In this document: piece by piece, positions 48,861 through 59,879 of the stretch
Position numbering within the stretch: position 1 is the first letter of the stretch
How the letters are laid out: each line of letters starts with the position of its first letter
Assembly: GCA_038916785.1 (NCBI GenBank)
Contig: JBCLBO010000001.1
Coordinates: forward strand, 69,987-133,986
Length of the DNA stretch: 64,000 nucleotides
Origin: Candidatus Hydrogenedentales bacterium
Lineage (GTDB): Bacteria > Hydrogenedentota > Hydrogenedentia > Hydrogenedentales > GCA-2746185
Reading direction: 5' to 3'
Position numbers and translations under genes: made by a program
Notes under the pieces: model-generated
The model's input: the letters and a program-made list of their open reading frames with translations, nothing else
The model's database searches: none
What the model was told of the DNA's origin: nothing

Positions 48861-49994
48861 TCAGCGGGTGGGTATCGAAACGCCGGTCCGCCGCGGTTGC
48901 AGATATTTCCTCCTCCACCGCCGTTGGACGGGCGCCTCGAAGTACCTGTAGATGAGAAAAGATAGGAGCAGCGTCGAGCCCATGAACGCGAGGAAGAAGG
49001 CCGGACTGTACAGGGGAATTTTCTGGCCCAGCGCCGAATAGGCCAGCGCGACGCCGACTTGCAGCGGGAAATGGATGAGATAGCTCGAATACGTCATGTT
49101 TCCGGCGGCTTCGACGAATTTGCGCGACCATTCGGGGACGCCCACATTTTCGCACAGGACATAGAGTAGCGGAGGGGTGCAAATCAGAAGAAAAAAGAAG
49201 TGAAAATATTTCCAAGTGTACACCGCGGGGTAGCGGCCGAGGAACGCCGCGAACAGGAGACCGGCCATTGCGATCGCACTGATTCGCAATTCTGTTTTCC
49301 GGAGCGTGAAGGTCTGACTGAGGATCGCCGCGATGCCTCCCGCGTAGAAAAATGCGAGGCAGTCGAGCACGGGGTGGCGGATGTCGATGAGCTTCGCCGC
49401 CGCGCACGCGAACACGATCGCCACGTTTATTCTCACCGATCCGCCCGCGCGGCGGAGGATGAAGTAGAAGAGGAAATAGACGAGGACTTCGGCGGAGATG
49501 GACCACACGGGACTGTTGAAGCTATAGCCTTTCAGCAAACCCCAGTGGCTCGCCATGAACAGTTGCAGAGCGAACCGAGGCAGGTCGTTGTGCCGAAATA
49601 CGAAATAGGAATCGTTTACTTGGAAGTAGGCCAATTGCAAGGCCGCTACGAGGAGGAGCGTCGCCAGGTGAAGCGGGTAGAGGCGGGAGAATCGTAGAAC
49701 GAAGAACTCCCGTCCGCCGACGCGCCGGCTGGCGATCGATTCGCGGTACTTCCAAAAGAAGATATATCCGCTGATGCACCAGAACACTTGCACGCCCAGG
49801 TAGCCGTAGCGATAGAAAAGTTCGAAGGTGCGGTAGAACGGCTGGCCATACAAATCGAAGCCGATGGGCCGAAGTCCGGCGTACGAGAAATGTTGGTAGT
49901 GCCAGATCAGCATGGCGAAAGCCGCGACGAAACGAAGAATTTCGAGCCCGGCAAGTTTCTGGCCGGATCGGGAGAGATTGCTTGTCGGCATCAT
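48861..49994 (-). CDS. Acyltransferase-3 family (OafA-like) O-acyltransferase
   Basis: GLEILRFVAA..LIWH, GVQVFWCISGY, RFSRLYPL, NSPVWSISAE, YSSYLIHFP, YRYFEAP. Confidence 0.92.
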   Translation of the reverse strand: MMPTSNLSRSGQKLAGLEILRFVAAFAMLIWHYQHFSYAGLRPIGFDLYGQPFYRTFELFYRYGYLGVQVFWCISGYIFFWKYRESIASRRVGGREFFVLRFSRLYPLHLATLLLVAALQLAYFQVNDSYFVFRHNDLPRFALQLFMASHWGLLKGYSFNSPVWSISAEVLVYFLFYFILRRAGGSVRINVAIVFACAAAKLIDIRHPVLDCLAFFYAGGIAAILSQTFTLRKTELRISAIAMAGLLFAAFLGRYPAVYTWKYFHFFFLLICTPPLLYVLCENVGVPEWSRKFVEAAGNMTYSSYLIHFPLQVGVALAYSALGQKIPLYSPAFFLAFMGSTLLLSFLIYRYFEAPVQRRWRRKYLQPRRTGVSIPTR

Positions 49995-50220
49995 CGGCGG
50001 TGGTGGTGAATCGACACACTCAACTCGGACGAGCGCGAGGCGCGCTGATCGGCCGCGCAGGAGGATACCGAAATGATCAGGAACGGGCAACGGCGGCACC
50101 CGCGATGGCGCGCCGCCGGCAATGAGTGCATAGGACATTGGCAGGCGGCGACTGCGGGTTGGCCGGAGATCGGAACCACCGGGCGGTGCCTGGTGTTTAT
50201 AACGACCGTTAGGTATACTT

Positions 50221-50934
50221 ATGGCCATGTCAAACGCTACCGCCGAAACACCGCTTCACACTGACGACTCCGCCCGGCATCGGGTGGCTGAGTCAGCGTT
50301 AAAGCTTTTTGCGGCAAAGGGTTACGCAGAGACCTCCGTCCGCGAAATTATCGAAGCGGCTGGCGTGACCCGGCCCGTGCTCTATTACCACTTCGTGAGC
50401 AAGGCCGAGCTTTTCTGCTGCCTGATCGAGGCCGAATTCGCCCGGCTATACCAGGAGATGGACGCGATCCTGGCGCGGCGGTCCGGCTGCCAGGAGCGGT
50501 TGAAGGCGCTCATCGGCCTGGTTTTCGACGGGGCCGAGCGCTCGCCCGAGACGGTGCGGTTGCTCTTGCGATTTTTCTTCGCGCCGCCGGATGAGCCGAT
50601 GCGGATCGACAGCGAGCAACTCGCGCAAGAGCGATTCGCGCGCATTACGAAAATTATGGAAGACGGCCTGGCGAGCGGCGAGATTGGTGGCGGCGAGGCC
50701 GGTGCGCTCGCGCTCGCTTTTTCCGGGCTCATGGATATGCACGCAATGGGCAAGGCGCGCCATCCCGAAGTGAAATTGTCGCCGGCGCTGGGTGATGCGC
50801 TCGTGGATCTGTTTATGGACGGCGCGCGCGGCGCGACTGCGGCGAGGACCGCCCTCCCGCACGTGTTCGGGCCTGTGCTGCCGTCCAGCGCAACGCGCGC
50901 GGCGGGACTTAAGAAAGAAAAGAGGAAGCCATGA
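50221..50934 (+). CDS. TetR/AcrR family regulator
   Basis: ALKLFAAKGY.ETSVREI..AAGVTRPVLYYHF.SK. Confidence 0.93.
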   Translation: MAMSNATAETPLHTDDSARHRVAESALKLFAAKGYAETSVREIIEAAGVTRPVLYYHFVSKAELFCCLIEAEFARLYQEMDAILARRSGCQERLKALIGLVFDGAERSPETVRLLLRFFFAPPDEPMRIDSEQLAQERFARITKIMEDGLASGEIGGGEAGALALAFSGLMDMHAMGKARHPEVKLSPALGDALVDLFMDGARGATAARTALPHVFGPVLPSSATRAAGLKKEKRKP

Positions 50935-52007
50935 AGAAGTTTTTTCAGAGTCTACTGATCATCGGCGCACTGGCGCTTGTGGGCGCGGGAATCGTCGCGG
51001 GGGTGTGGGCCGCGCAACTGGCCAAGCCCGAGGCGGTCATCGAGAAGCCGGACACGACGACGGCGGTGTCGATTCAGGTGATCGAACCTCGGCGCGTGGA
51101 GAACCGCATTTATCTGACCGGTCTGGTGGAGGCGTGGGAGGCAGTCACGATTAGCGCCGAAATCTCCGGCCAGATTGAGTGGCAGGGTCTGGAGGAGGGC
51201 GACCCGGTGGCTATGGGCCAGGAGATACTCCGGATTAGTACAACGTCAATTCAGGCGAGGCTCGATCAGGCGCGGGCCGAGCAGACTCTGGGCGCGCAAG
51301 ACTTCGAGCGCGTGCATGAATTGCGCGAACGCGGCATCAGTTCGTCTCAAGAATATGATCGCGCATCGGCCAATCGCGACGCGGCGTCGGCGAGGCTTCG
51401 CATGGCCGAGATCGATTTCGCGCATAGCGTGATCAAGACGCAAATGCCGGGCGTGATCGATCGGCTTTACAACGAAGCGGGTGAATTCGTTGCCGTGGGC
51501 AAGCCTTTGGCCAGGGTGGTCCAGGTCGACAAGCTCAAAGTGCTGGTGGGAATTCCCGAGCGGGATGTTGCGCGTTTCCATACGGGCGATACCGTGGCGG
51601 TGCGCTTTGATGCCATGCCGGACGACACCTTCGACGCGAAAATTTTCCGCGTCGCCACTACGGCTGAACCCGCCACGCGCACGTTTAGGACGGAGATTGA
51701 AGTCACCAACCCGGCGGGGGTGCTCAAGCCCGGGATGATCGCGGTCGTGGCGCTGGTGCGGGAGGCATTCCCGCAGGCCATAACGGTACCCATGTTTTCC
51801 GTGTTGAGCCGTCCCGAAGGGCTGTTTGTGTTCATCGAGATCGAGGCGAAAGCGGTGATGCGCGCGGTTGACGTGGGTTTCTTTCAGGGCGGCCAGGTGC
51901 TCATCACGCGCGGCTTGAACGCAGGCGACCGGCTCATCTCCGTGGGTCAGCGCTCATTGCGCGACGGCGAAAGCGTGCGGGTCGTCCCGGCGGTGGGCGC
52001 GTCGTGA
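50931..52007 (+). CDS. RND efflux periplasmic adaptor (MFP)
   Basis: N-terminal TM, ISAEISGQI, alpha-hairpin, TRTF, LKPGM, GL.AGD. Confidence 0.92.
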   Translation: MKKFFQSLLIIGALALVGAGIVAGVWAAQLAKPEAVIEKPDTTTAVSIQVIEPRRVENRIYLTGLVEAWEAVTISAEISGQIEWQGLEEGDPVAMGQEILRISTTSIQARLDQARAEQTLGAQDFERVHELRERGISSSQEYDRASANRDAASARLRMAEIDFAHSVIKTQMPGVIDRLYNEAGEFVAVGKPLARVVQVDKLKVLVGIPERDVARFHTGDTVAVRFDAMPDDTFDAKIFRVATTAEPATRTFRTEIEVTNPAGVLKPGMIAVVALVREAFPQAITVPMFSVLSRPEGLFVFIEIEAKAVMRAVDVGFFQGGQVLITRGLNAGDRLISVGQRSLRDGESVRVVPAVGAS

Positions 52008-55000
52008 AGCTGACCGATTTCAGCGTCGATCGGAGCATCACGATAGTGGTGTCGCTCGTGCTCATCGTAGTGGTGGGCCTCTATTGCTGGCGGACGCTTC
52101 CGCGCGAGACCGAACCCGAGCTCGTCATTCCGATCGCAATGGTGACGGTTCACTACGAGGGCGTGTCTCCGCAGGACATGGAGACGCTGGTGACGATGCC
52201 AATCGAGCGCAAGCTCACCGGCATTTCCGGCGTCAAGAAGGTCACGTCCACGAGCAACGAGGGGATGGCGGCTGTCGTCGTCGAATTCGAAGCGGACGTG
52301 AATATCGACGACGCGATCCAGAAGGTCCGGGACAAGGTCGATATGGCGCGCGGCGAGCTACCCGAAGAGGCCGACGACCCCATTGTCACGGACATCAATA
52401 CGGCGGAGCAGCCGATCATTCAAGTCAACCTGACCGGGCCTATCGATCGGGTCGAGCTGACGCAAATCGCGGAGCGGCTGCAGGACGAGATCGAAGGGTT
52501 GCCCGGCATTTTGGCGGCGGACATCATCGGCGGATTCGAGCGCGAAATTCAGATCGTGGTCGATCCCGCGCGGGCGGCGGGATACGGAGTGTCGCTCGCC
52601 GATCTCGCCCAGATAGCGTTCCAGGAAAACGTGAATGTGCCCGCAGGCTCGATGGAGATGGGCCAGGGGAAGTACATTTTGCGCGTGCCGGGGGAGATCG
52701 CGGGCGCGGACGATCTGCGGGACCTTGTTGTCAAACGCGGCGAGACCGGTATCGTCTATCTGCGGGACCTGGCGGAAATTTCGGAGGGGTTCAAGGACCC
52801 GCAGAATTACGCCCGGCTCGATTTCGAGCCGTCGGTTTCCCTCGTGATCCGCAAGCGCGCGGGGGCGGACGTGGTGAAGGTGTCGCAGAGCGTGCATGAC
52901 TTGCTCGATGAGGCCAAGAGCATGCTGCCGCCCGAAGTGCGGACCAATGTCACGCTCGACGAGTCCAAACGCATCCATGAAATGGAGCGGCAACTCCTTA
53001 ACAGCATTCTGAGCGGACTCATACTGGTGTTCGGCGTCATCCTGATGTTCCTGGGCCCCGCCAACGCCTTTTTCGTGTCGCTGGCGATTCCGCTTTCCAT
53101 GTTGATTACCTTTATCGTGATGTATTTGTACGGCATGACGTTCAACATGGTGTCGCTGTTCAGTCTGATGGTGGCGCTGGGCATGCTGGTGGACAACGGC
53201 GTCGTGGTGGTGGAGAACATTCACCGCTTCATCCAAATGGGGTATTCGCGCATCGAAGCGGCGAAGTTGGGCGCGAGCGAGGTGGCGTGGCCGATCATCG
53301 GATCGACGGCGACGACGGTGGCCGCCTATTTCCCCTTGATCTTTTGGCCCGGCATGATGGGCAGTTTCATGAGTTTGCTGCCGAAAACGGTCATCATTTG
53401 CTTGATCGCCTCGTTGTTTGTCGGGCTTATGGTCAATCCCGCGCTGGCCTCGCGCTACGCCCGCGTCCGCAGAGCGGCGGCGGGCGAGACGCGCGAATCG
53501 CGCACGATGCGGTTCTACGGATGGGTATTGCGGCGCGCGCTGGAATGGCGGGCAGTGTCGGTCGCGGGGATGGTAGTAATCATTTTGACCATCGTGGGGG
53601 TGTGGGCGGCCGGGGCGCAGTTCGAGTTTCTCAATACCGTCGAGCCGGATCGCGCGAACATAAACATCGAAATGGCGGAAGGCACGAACCTTGACGCGAC
53701 CAACGCGGTGATCAAGGCCGTCGAAGAAATCGTCCACGGCGACAAGGACCGCGTGGACTACATCGCTTCGAGCGTGGGTTCGCTCGGGGCCAACGTGCGC
53801 GAGGGTATGCCGGGATCCAACACCAGCTCGAACAAGAGCAACATCGGCCGCGTGGCCCTCGTGTTTCCCGCGCCCGAGACCATGGATGTAGCGCCCTCGC
53901 AAATCGTGGCGCGGCTTCGGGGTTCATTCGGGGCGATCCCCGGCGCGGAGATCCGGATCGGCCAGACCGTCATGGGGCCGCCGCCTGCGCCACCGGTGAA
54001 CATCGAGCTGGCGGGCGAGGATTTTGGCGTCTTGAATGGGATTGCGCAAGAGGTGAAGAAGCGTATTCAGGACGTGAATGGGTTGGTGGATCTGCATGAC
54101 GACACGGAGCGGGGCAAGCCCGAGGTGCGGGTCGTGGTCGATCGTCAGAAGGCGAAACTCGCCGGTCTGAACACGCAGTATATCGGCGCGACGGTACAGG
54201 CCGCGATTCACGGCCGCAAGGCGGGCGAGTATCGCGTCGGGGACGATGAGTACGATGTGACGGTGAAATTTCCGAAGTGGTTTCGCGAGGACGTATCCTA
54301 CGTGGAAGGGATGGCGCTGACGAACGCGCGCGGCGAAGGCATCCCCTTCTCGTCGGTAGCGCGTCTCGAGTATGGCGTCGGCCCGGGAACAATCAAGCGG
54401 ATCGATCGCAAGCGGACGGTGACCGTGATCGGCGAGGCGCAGGGCCGCCCCGGCTCCGAAGTGCTGCAGGAGGTGCGTGAACGCCTGGCGGACCTTCCGC
54501 TGCCTGCGGGATACACGCTGTCCTTTACGGGCGAGCGCCAAAATGTCGACGAGTCCGCGGCCTTCATGCAGAACGCGTTTGTGGTCGCCCTGTTGCTGAT
54601 TTCGCTGCTTTTGATTCTGCAATTCAATTCCATTGTTCAAACGTTGATCATCATGTCGGCGGTGATCTTGTCGCTCGGCGGCGTGTTTCTCGGCCTTCTC
54701 GCATTCGGCTTGCCGTTCGGTTTCCTGATGACAGGTATCGGATGCATCAGTCTTTCCGGAATTGTCGTGAACAACGGCATCGTCCTGGTCGACTTTATCA
54801 ACGTATTGCGCAGGGAGGGCGTCGCGTTGCACGAGGCGATTATCACTGCCTCGAAGCTGAGACTGCGGCCCGTACTGCTCACGGCGGCCACAACGGTGCT
54901 CGGCCTCGCGCCGCTGACTTTCGGCGTCAGTATCGATTTCTGGAACCTGAGCATTTCGACCGGCGGCACTCAATCGGCCTTCTGGAAATCGATGGCCGTG

Positions 55001-55150
55001 GCGCTGGTGTTCGGACTTACATTTGCAACGATGTTGACGCTGATAATCGTCCCCGTGTTGTATAGCCTGTCGGTCACTGTACCGCAGCGACTCTTCGGCC
55101 GGACGCTGTCGCCGCCGGCAATCCCCAGTGCGGAGCCGGTCGCCAAGTAG
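52004..55150 (+). CDS. RND efflux transporter permease (AcrB family)
   Basis: 1048 aa; GMLVDNGVVVVEN, GIVVNNGIVLVD, RLRPVLLTA. Confidence 0.95.
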   Translation: MKLTDFSVDRSITIVVSLVLIVVVGLYCWRTLPRETEPELVIPIAMVTVHYEGVSPQDMETLVTMPIERKLTGISGVKKVTSTSNEGMAAVVVEFEADVNIDDAIQKVRDKVDMARGELPEEADDPIVTDINTAEQPIIQVNLTGPIDRVELTQIAERLQDEIEGLPGILAADIIGGFEREIQIVVDPARAAGYGVSLADLAQIAFQENVNVPAGSMEMGQGKYILRVPGEIAGADDLRDLVVKRGETGIVYLRDLAEISEGFKDPQNYARLDFEPSVSLVIRKRAGADVVKVSQSVHDLLDEAKSMLPPEVRTNVTLDESKRIHEMERQLLNSILSGLILVFGVILMFLGPANAFFVSLAIPLSMLITFIVMYLYGMTFNMVSLFSLMVALGMLVDNGVVVVENIHRFIQMGYSRIEAAKLGASEVAWPIIGSTATTVAAYFPLIFWPGMMGSFMSLLPKTVIICLIASLFVGLMVNPALASRYARVRRAAAGETRESRTMRFYGWVLRRALEWRAVSVAGMVVIILTIVGVWAAGAQFEFLNTVEPDRANINIEMAEGTNLDATNAVIKAVEEIVHGDKDRVDYIASSVGSLGANVREGMPGSNTSSNKSNIGRVALVFPAPETMDVAPSQIVARLRGSFGAIPGAEIRIGQTVMGPPPAPPVNIELAGEDFGVLNGIAQEVKKRIQDVNGLVDLHDDTERGKPEVRVVVDRQKAKLAGLNTQYIGATVQAAIHGRKAGEYRVGDDEYDVTVKFPKWFREDVSYVEGMALTNARGEGIPFSSVARLEYGVGPGTIKRIDRKRTVTVIGEAQGRPGSEVLQEVRERLADLPLPAGYTLSFTGERQNVDESAAFMQNAFVVALLLISLLLILQFNSIVQTLIIMSAVILSLGGVFLGLLAFGLPFGFLMTGIGCISLSGIVVNNGIVLVDFINVLRREGVALHEAIITASKLRLRPVLLTAATTVLGLAPLTFGVSIDFWNLSISTGGTQSAFWKSMAVALVFGLTFATMLTLIIVPVLYSLSVTVPQRLFGRTLSPPAIPSAEPVAK

Positions 55151-55245
55151 CGCGTTCTGACCTCGCGATCGGCGCCCTGGACTCCGGCGCCATTTTTCCG
55201 CACAATCACGCCGCGATCGAGGTATCGCAAGATGAGGATCTCTTC

Positions 55246-56034
55246 ATGGAAGTCATCATCCGGCCGACCGCGGACGCGGCGGCGGGCCTGGTCGCGGCGC
55301 TCGTGGCCGCCAGCGTGCGGGAGAATCCGCGGCTGGTGGTCGGCTTCGCGACGGGCCGAACGATGGAGCGCGTGTACGCCTTGCTCGTGAGCGAGCACCG
55401 CGATCGCGGGCTTAGTTTTTCTGGAATCACCACCTTCAATCTCGATGAATACACCGGGCTGCCCGCCAACAGCCCCGATACGTACCGCAGCTACATGCAC
55501 GAGCGGTTCTTCCAGCGCATTGACATCAATCCGGCGAACACGCACCTGCCCGACGGAAACGCCGCCGATTTGGATGCCGAGTGCGCGGCCTACGAAGAAC
55601 GCATCGTGGCGGCCGGCGGGATCGACCTGCAACTGCTCGGCATCGGCGCGGTGGGGCACATCGGCTTCAACGAGCCGCTCTCCGCGCTGCGCTCGCGCAC
55701 GCGGGTGAAGGCGCTCTCGCCAAAGACCATCGAGCAAAACGCGGCCTCGTTCGGCGGCGATGCAAACAAAGTACCCCGGCGCGCAATCACGATGGGGGTC
55801 GGCACGATCCTCGACAGCCGCCGCGTGCTGCTGCTCGCCACCGGCTCGGACAAGGCCGAGATCATCGCCAAGGCCGTCGAAGGTCCCGTCACGAGTATGA
55901 TCTCCGCGTCTGCGCTGCAATTGCATCCGCGCTGCACGGTCATCGTCGACGAAGCCGCCGCAGTCCGGCTCACCCAGCAGGAATACTACCGCTGGATATT
56001 CGCGAACGAGCCCGAGTGGAAGGCGTTCCACTGA
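55246..56034 (+). CDS. nagB: Glucosamine-6-phosphate deaminase
   Basis: GFATGRT, TFNLDEY, GGIDLQLLGIG..GHIGFNEP, AITMG, SALQLH. Confidence 0.96.
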   Translation: MEVIIRPTADAAAGLVAALVAASVRENPRLVVGFATGRTMERVYALLVSEHRDRGLSFSGITTFNLDEYTGLPANSPDTYRSYMHERFFQRIDINPANTHLPDGNAADLDAECAAYEERIVAAGGIDLQLLGIGAVGHIGFNEPLSALRSRTRVKALSPKTIEQNAASFGGDANKVPRRAITMGVGTILDSRRVLLLATGSDKAEIIAKAVEGPVTSMISASALQLHPRCTVIVDEAAAVRLTQQEYYRWIFANEPEWKAFH

Positions 56035-56384
56035 GTCCTCGAGAAAGCCCTCGTCCGCAGATGACGCAGATGGGCGCAGAGGGCGGAAGTGCACCAGAGC
56101 ATTTTAACAAATCATCGATACGATCGGGACCAGACTCCCGTCAATTGTATTGCGATTATCGGTGTCCATCTGTATCTATCGGTGGATAATTTGCTCTAAA
56201 TAGCCAGTGGCATACCTGGATCACTTCACTGTGCAGAAATAGATCGCGCCGGGCCCGTTGCGGACAGATCAGGGTATGTCTTTCGGCGGACCGGCGGGGA
56301 GATTCTTCGCTACCGCTCAGAATGACAAAAGTGAAAGTTCCAGCGTGGAGAACACACAAGTGTCTCAGATTGATCAACGGCCAT

Positions 56385-58472
56385 CTAGCGATTCACGTCG
56401 AAGCGGGCGACGAACCCTTGCGGAGTCGCGGTTGTCATTGGCAATGTAATCGTAACCGACGTTTTGCCGGTTTCCCACCTTAGGTCGCCGGGGGTGGTGC
56501 TGGTCGCGCCGATGAGTCTGTAGGGCGCGGGCACGGCGAGTGTAAATCGGGATGCGGCTCCGGCCGTCGCCGCTTGCGCGAGTTCGACGGTGAGCGTGCG
56601 CGCCTGCGGGTCCCAGTCCGCGCGGCGCAGGGCGGGAAAATCCTGGCCGAGATTGGTCCCCGTGGAAACCAGCATCGGGTGGCCCAGGAACGGCCGAAAC
56701 ACGAGGACGGCCGCGTCGCTCGCGGGAATTGTGACATCGAGCGTGTCCGCGGCGGTGCCGAGGTATTCCCGGCGCCAATAGTCATACACCGTATAGTACG
56801 CGCCCCGCGTGAAGCCGAGCCGTGCCAGCGGCAAAGCCATCGACAGCGGCGACGCGCCGTCTCGATTGAGCACCGCGGCGACGTGCACGTCGCCATCCAA
56901 CACTTTCGAGTGCAGATGGAACGCGCGCGGCGGCTGCGCGGCGAAGAGGTCGATGGGCCGCGCGGCGGAGGTGGGGGAGGGAAGCATTCGCGCCACCAGA
57001 TCGATGAGGTTGTCCTCGCCAAGGCCGGGAAGCGGGAGGATGAGTCCGCACCCCAACAGGGTCGCTGCGCTCAGCTCCGCCCGCGCTGCATCGCGGGGAA
57101 ACACCACTGAATGCCGCGCGGGCTGCGGGGAAAAGTACAGGCCATCGGCGGCCGTTGTGATGACGCCGTCCAACAGCGTGCCCGCGAGGAGGGACGGCGC
57201 GCTGCCGTAGAGGCGCGCATCGGATCCAAGCCCTTCGCGTAAGGCCTTGACTGCTTCGCGCATGGCCGGAACGGCGCCGTCGAGGCCGAGCCCGGCGATC
57301 TCGGAGACGCCGGTCGCTTCATGAAGCCGCGCGCCGAGGGCCCGCAACTCCGCCGGGCCGCGCGCCGAGTCCGAGCGGAGCGGGTTGTGCCAGAGCACGG
57401 GCGTATAGCCGGCGGCGCGAATCGCCTCCGCGATCGATCGCGCGCTCTCGATGTTCGTCGCGGAATCGTCCGGCGACACGAAGAGTACGCGGCCGATGGC
57501 TTCGAGCGGTACGCGATTGCGTACGCGGCGAAGGCGATCGGCCAGCGCTGCGGACGATTGCCCGGCGTCTTCCGAGGAAATCGCCCAGGCGTGGAGCGGC
57601 GCGGTATGCCCTGGCCCTGAGAAGCCGTTGACCACCTGCACCGCGCGCGCATAGCGCTGCAAGCCGACGGCCGGTTCCGGTTCGGAGATCGCGAGATAGA
57701 GTACCTCCGAATACAGGGACGCGCCGGGCGCGAGTTCGATCGGCGGATTGAATTCGGAGATCGCCCGAAACCGGCCCAGTGCCGAGGGGGCTTTTTTCTT
57801 TTCAGCGACCGGTTGCGCGATTTCGAGCAAGCCTCGCGCGTGATCCTGCGTGATGAATCCCGCGATGAGCGACTGGCCCGTCGCAGCGTTGAGGACCGCT
57901 ATCACGTCGTTGGAGTCCGCGGCGCCTTGCGCGGCGCCCGGCGCGCCCGAGGCCGTGCCGGAGAGGATGCGGGCCTCGTTCGTCCCCGGGCCGAGCAGGA
58001 GCATTCCCTTCCCCGGCGCGCCCACGCACCAGGGCAGCAGGGCCTTGACGCGGACCGGCTTCTTGGATTGATTCGTGTAGCCGAGCTGAACGGCGAAGTA
58101 CGGCCGCGTCGGATACGCGCGCAGCGACCATTCCCAGCCGCCGTGCTGATGAATGACGCCCTGGCCTTGGCCGAGTTTGTCCTCGACGGCGAGGCGCTCG
58201 GTCCATTTTCCGGAGGTCTTCAGGCGTTCGGGTTCGGCTTCGCCGTCGAACCAGATCATCGGGAAGGCGTCGGCGATCACTGGCGTGTCATTCGCCAAGA
58301 AGACATCGACCTGCCCATTCTTCTGGATCGAAATTTTGTACAGGTCGGTGTTGAGAGAGCGGTATTCCTTCGTCTTGCCCATCGGCTGCGCGGCAGCGGC
58401 GCCGGTGATGAGGGCGCAAAGCGCGGTGGCCACGACCAGCGTTGCTGCGCGCGGCGCGCTGCGCAGGCTCAT
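56385..58472 (-). CDS. Secreted GH36/alpha-galactosidase-like protein with a degenerate catalytic barrel
   Basis: Signal peptide; ARPIDLF, VAAVLN, VYDYWRREYLG, HPMLVST..; no IDDGW or K.DF motifs seen. Confidence 0.55.
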   Translation of the reverse strand: MSLRSAPRAATLVVATALCALITGAAAAQPMGKTKEYRSLNTDLYKISIQKNGQVDVFLANDTPVIADAFPMIWFDGEAEPERLKTSGKWTERLAVEDKLGQGQGVIHQHGGWEWSLRAYPTRPYFAVQLGYTNQSKKPVRVKALLPWCVGAPGKGMLLLGPGTNEARILSGTASGAPGAAQGAADSNDVIAVLNAATGQSLIAGFITQDHARGLLEIAQPVAEKKKAPSALGRFRAISEFNPPIELAPGASLYSEVLYLAISEPEPAVGLQRYARAVQVVNGFSGPGHTAPLHAWAISSEDAGQSSAALADRLRRVRNRVPLEAIGRVLFVSPDDSATNIESARSIAEAIRAAGYTPVLWHNPLRSDSARGPAELRALGARLHEATGVSEIAGLGLDGAVPAMREAVKALREGLGSDARLYGSAPSLLAGTLLDGVITTAADGLYFSPQPARHSVVFPRDAARAELSAATLLGCGLILPLPGLGEDNLIDLVARMLPSPTSAARPIDLFAAQPPRAFHLHSKVLDGDVHVAAVLNRDGASPLSMALPLARLGFTRGAYYTVYDYWRREYLGTAADTLDVTIPASDAAVLVFRPFLGHPMLVSTGTNLGQDFPALRRADWDPQARTLTVELAQAATAGAASRFTLAVPAPYRLIGATSTTPGDLRWETGKTSVTITLPMTTATPQGFVARFDVNR

Positions 58473-59497
58473 GATCGAATCGATATCCGACGGCCCGAAT
58501 CGCTCGACTGGTAGGCTGCAAGTGCGACCTCGAGTGCGTCCCGGCCCGCCTGACCTGTGAGGGTGTGCGGTACCTTCCCTTCGATCACATCGAGCCAATG
58601 TTTGATCTCGATGTCCCATCCGCCGCGCGTCGGCTTCGGATCGATCAGTTGCCACTGCATCGTGCTGTCGCGCCCGGCGGATGATTTTCCGGTGCACAGC
58701 GAGAGCCCTTTGGCGTAGTCGCAGATGATCGAGCCCTTAGTGCAGTAAATCTCGAAGCCCGAGAACCCCGGCGGGCTCGTCCAGCCAACTTCGATGTACC
58801 CCAGCGCGCCCTTGGCGAATTCGAGTTGCAGCAGCGCGTTGTCGTCCACCTCGATCGGCTTGATCAGCGTGACCGCGCGCGCGCTCACGTTTTTCACCGG
58901 GCCCATGAACCAATGGCAGAGATCGATCGCGTGGATGCCCATGTCGAGCATCGCGCCGCCCTTGGAGAGCGACTTTTTGTAGAACCAACTGTTCTTCGCC
59001 CAACCGGGATAGGGCCCGCCATGCGCGAAGCGCACCCGGATCATAAAAGGCGTGCCGATGGCGCGCCGCGCGAGCAGTTCCTTGCACTTCTGCGGCCCCG
59101 TGAACATCCGGTGCGAGAATCCGATCATCAGCTTCTTGCGCGCGCGGCGCGCGGCGGCGAGCATCTTGTCCGCCTCGCGCAGCGTCGCCGCCATGGGTTT
59201 CTCGCACAAGACATGACACCCGGCATCCAGCGCGGCGATCGTCTGTTCCGCGTGAAAGACATTCGGCGTGGCGACGCTGACGACATCCAGCGACTCATTT
59301 GCGAGCATGTCGCGATAGTCGGTGTAGGCGGCGAGCTTGCCGAATTTTTCGATGACCTCGCCGTGGCGCTCGCCAGCGGGATCGGCAAAGGCGACCAGCC
59401 TGGCGCGCTTGTCTTTCTTATACCCTGGAAAATGCAGGGCCTGCGTGATCGCGCCCGCGCCGATCACGCCCACCCGGTATGGTTTTTTCGCTGGCAT
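58469..59497 (-). CDS. Gfo/Idh/MocA family oxidoreductase
   Basis: GVIGAG, ATPN..H, HVLCEKPM, GGAMLDMGIH.ID. Confidence 0.93.
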   Translation of the reverse strand: MPAKKPYRVGVIGAGAITQALHFPGYKKDKRARLVAFADPAGERHGEVIEKFGKLAAYTDYRDMLANESLDVVSVATPNVFHAEQTIAALDAGCHVLCEKPMAATLREADKMLAAARRARKKLMIGFSHRMFTGPQKCKELLARRAIGTPFMIRVRFAHGGPYPGWAKNSWFYKKSLSKGGAMLDMGIHAIDLCHWFMGPVKNVSARAVTLIKPIEVDDNALLQLEFAKGALGYIEVGWTSPPGFSGFEIYCTKGSIICDYAKGLSLCTGKSSAGRDSTMQWQLIDPKPTRGGWDIEIKHWLDVIEGKVPHTLTGQAGRDALEVALAAYQSSDSGRRISIRS

Positions 59498-59879
59498 TTC
59501 GATGGCCCCCGCGTGCAGGTCTGGCGAAAGTCTACTGAGCGATCGGAATCTGATCAATGCACTGTTCAATCCGCGATCGACCCTGTAAGTTTCGTTCGCG
59601 GGATACGGCGACGCTAGGGCGGTCATGACCCGCCCTACCGTAAACCGTAGGTATGAAGAGGATTTGAATTTTGCGAAACGTTCGTGTATTGTACCGGATC
59701 AACGTAAGTCCTACTGCTTAGGTAGGGGGAAGCGGTTCTGTTAGTAATTGCTCCTTCCCTACGTTCGCCTCAGATTTTGGGCACCTTTCCTTCGGTTAGT
59801 TCCCACCATTGCCGGCGCTGAGCACAAGGGGTATTCAGCCCACGGCCGACTTAGATTCGGTCCAATGAAGGGAACAGCC

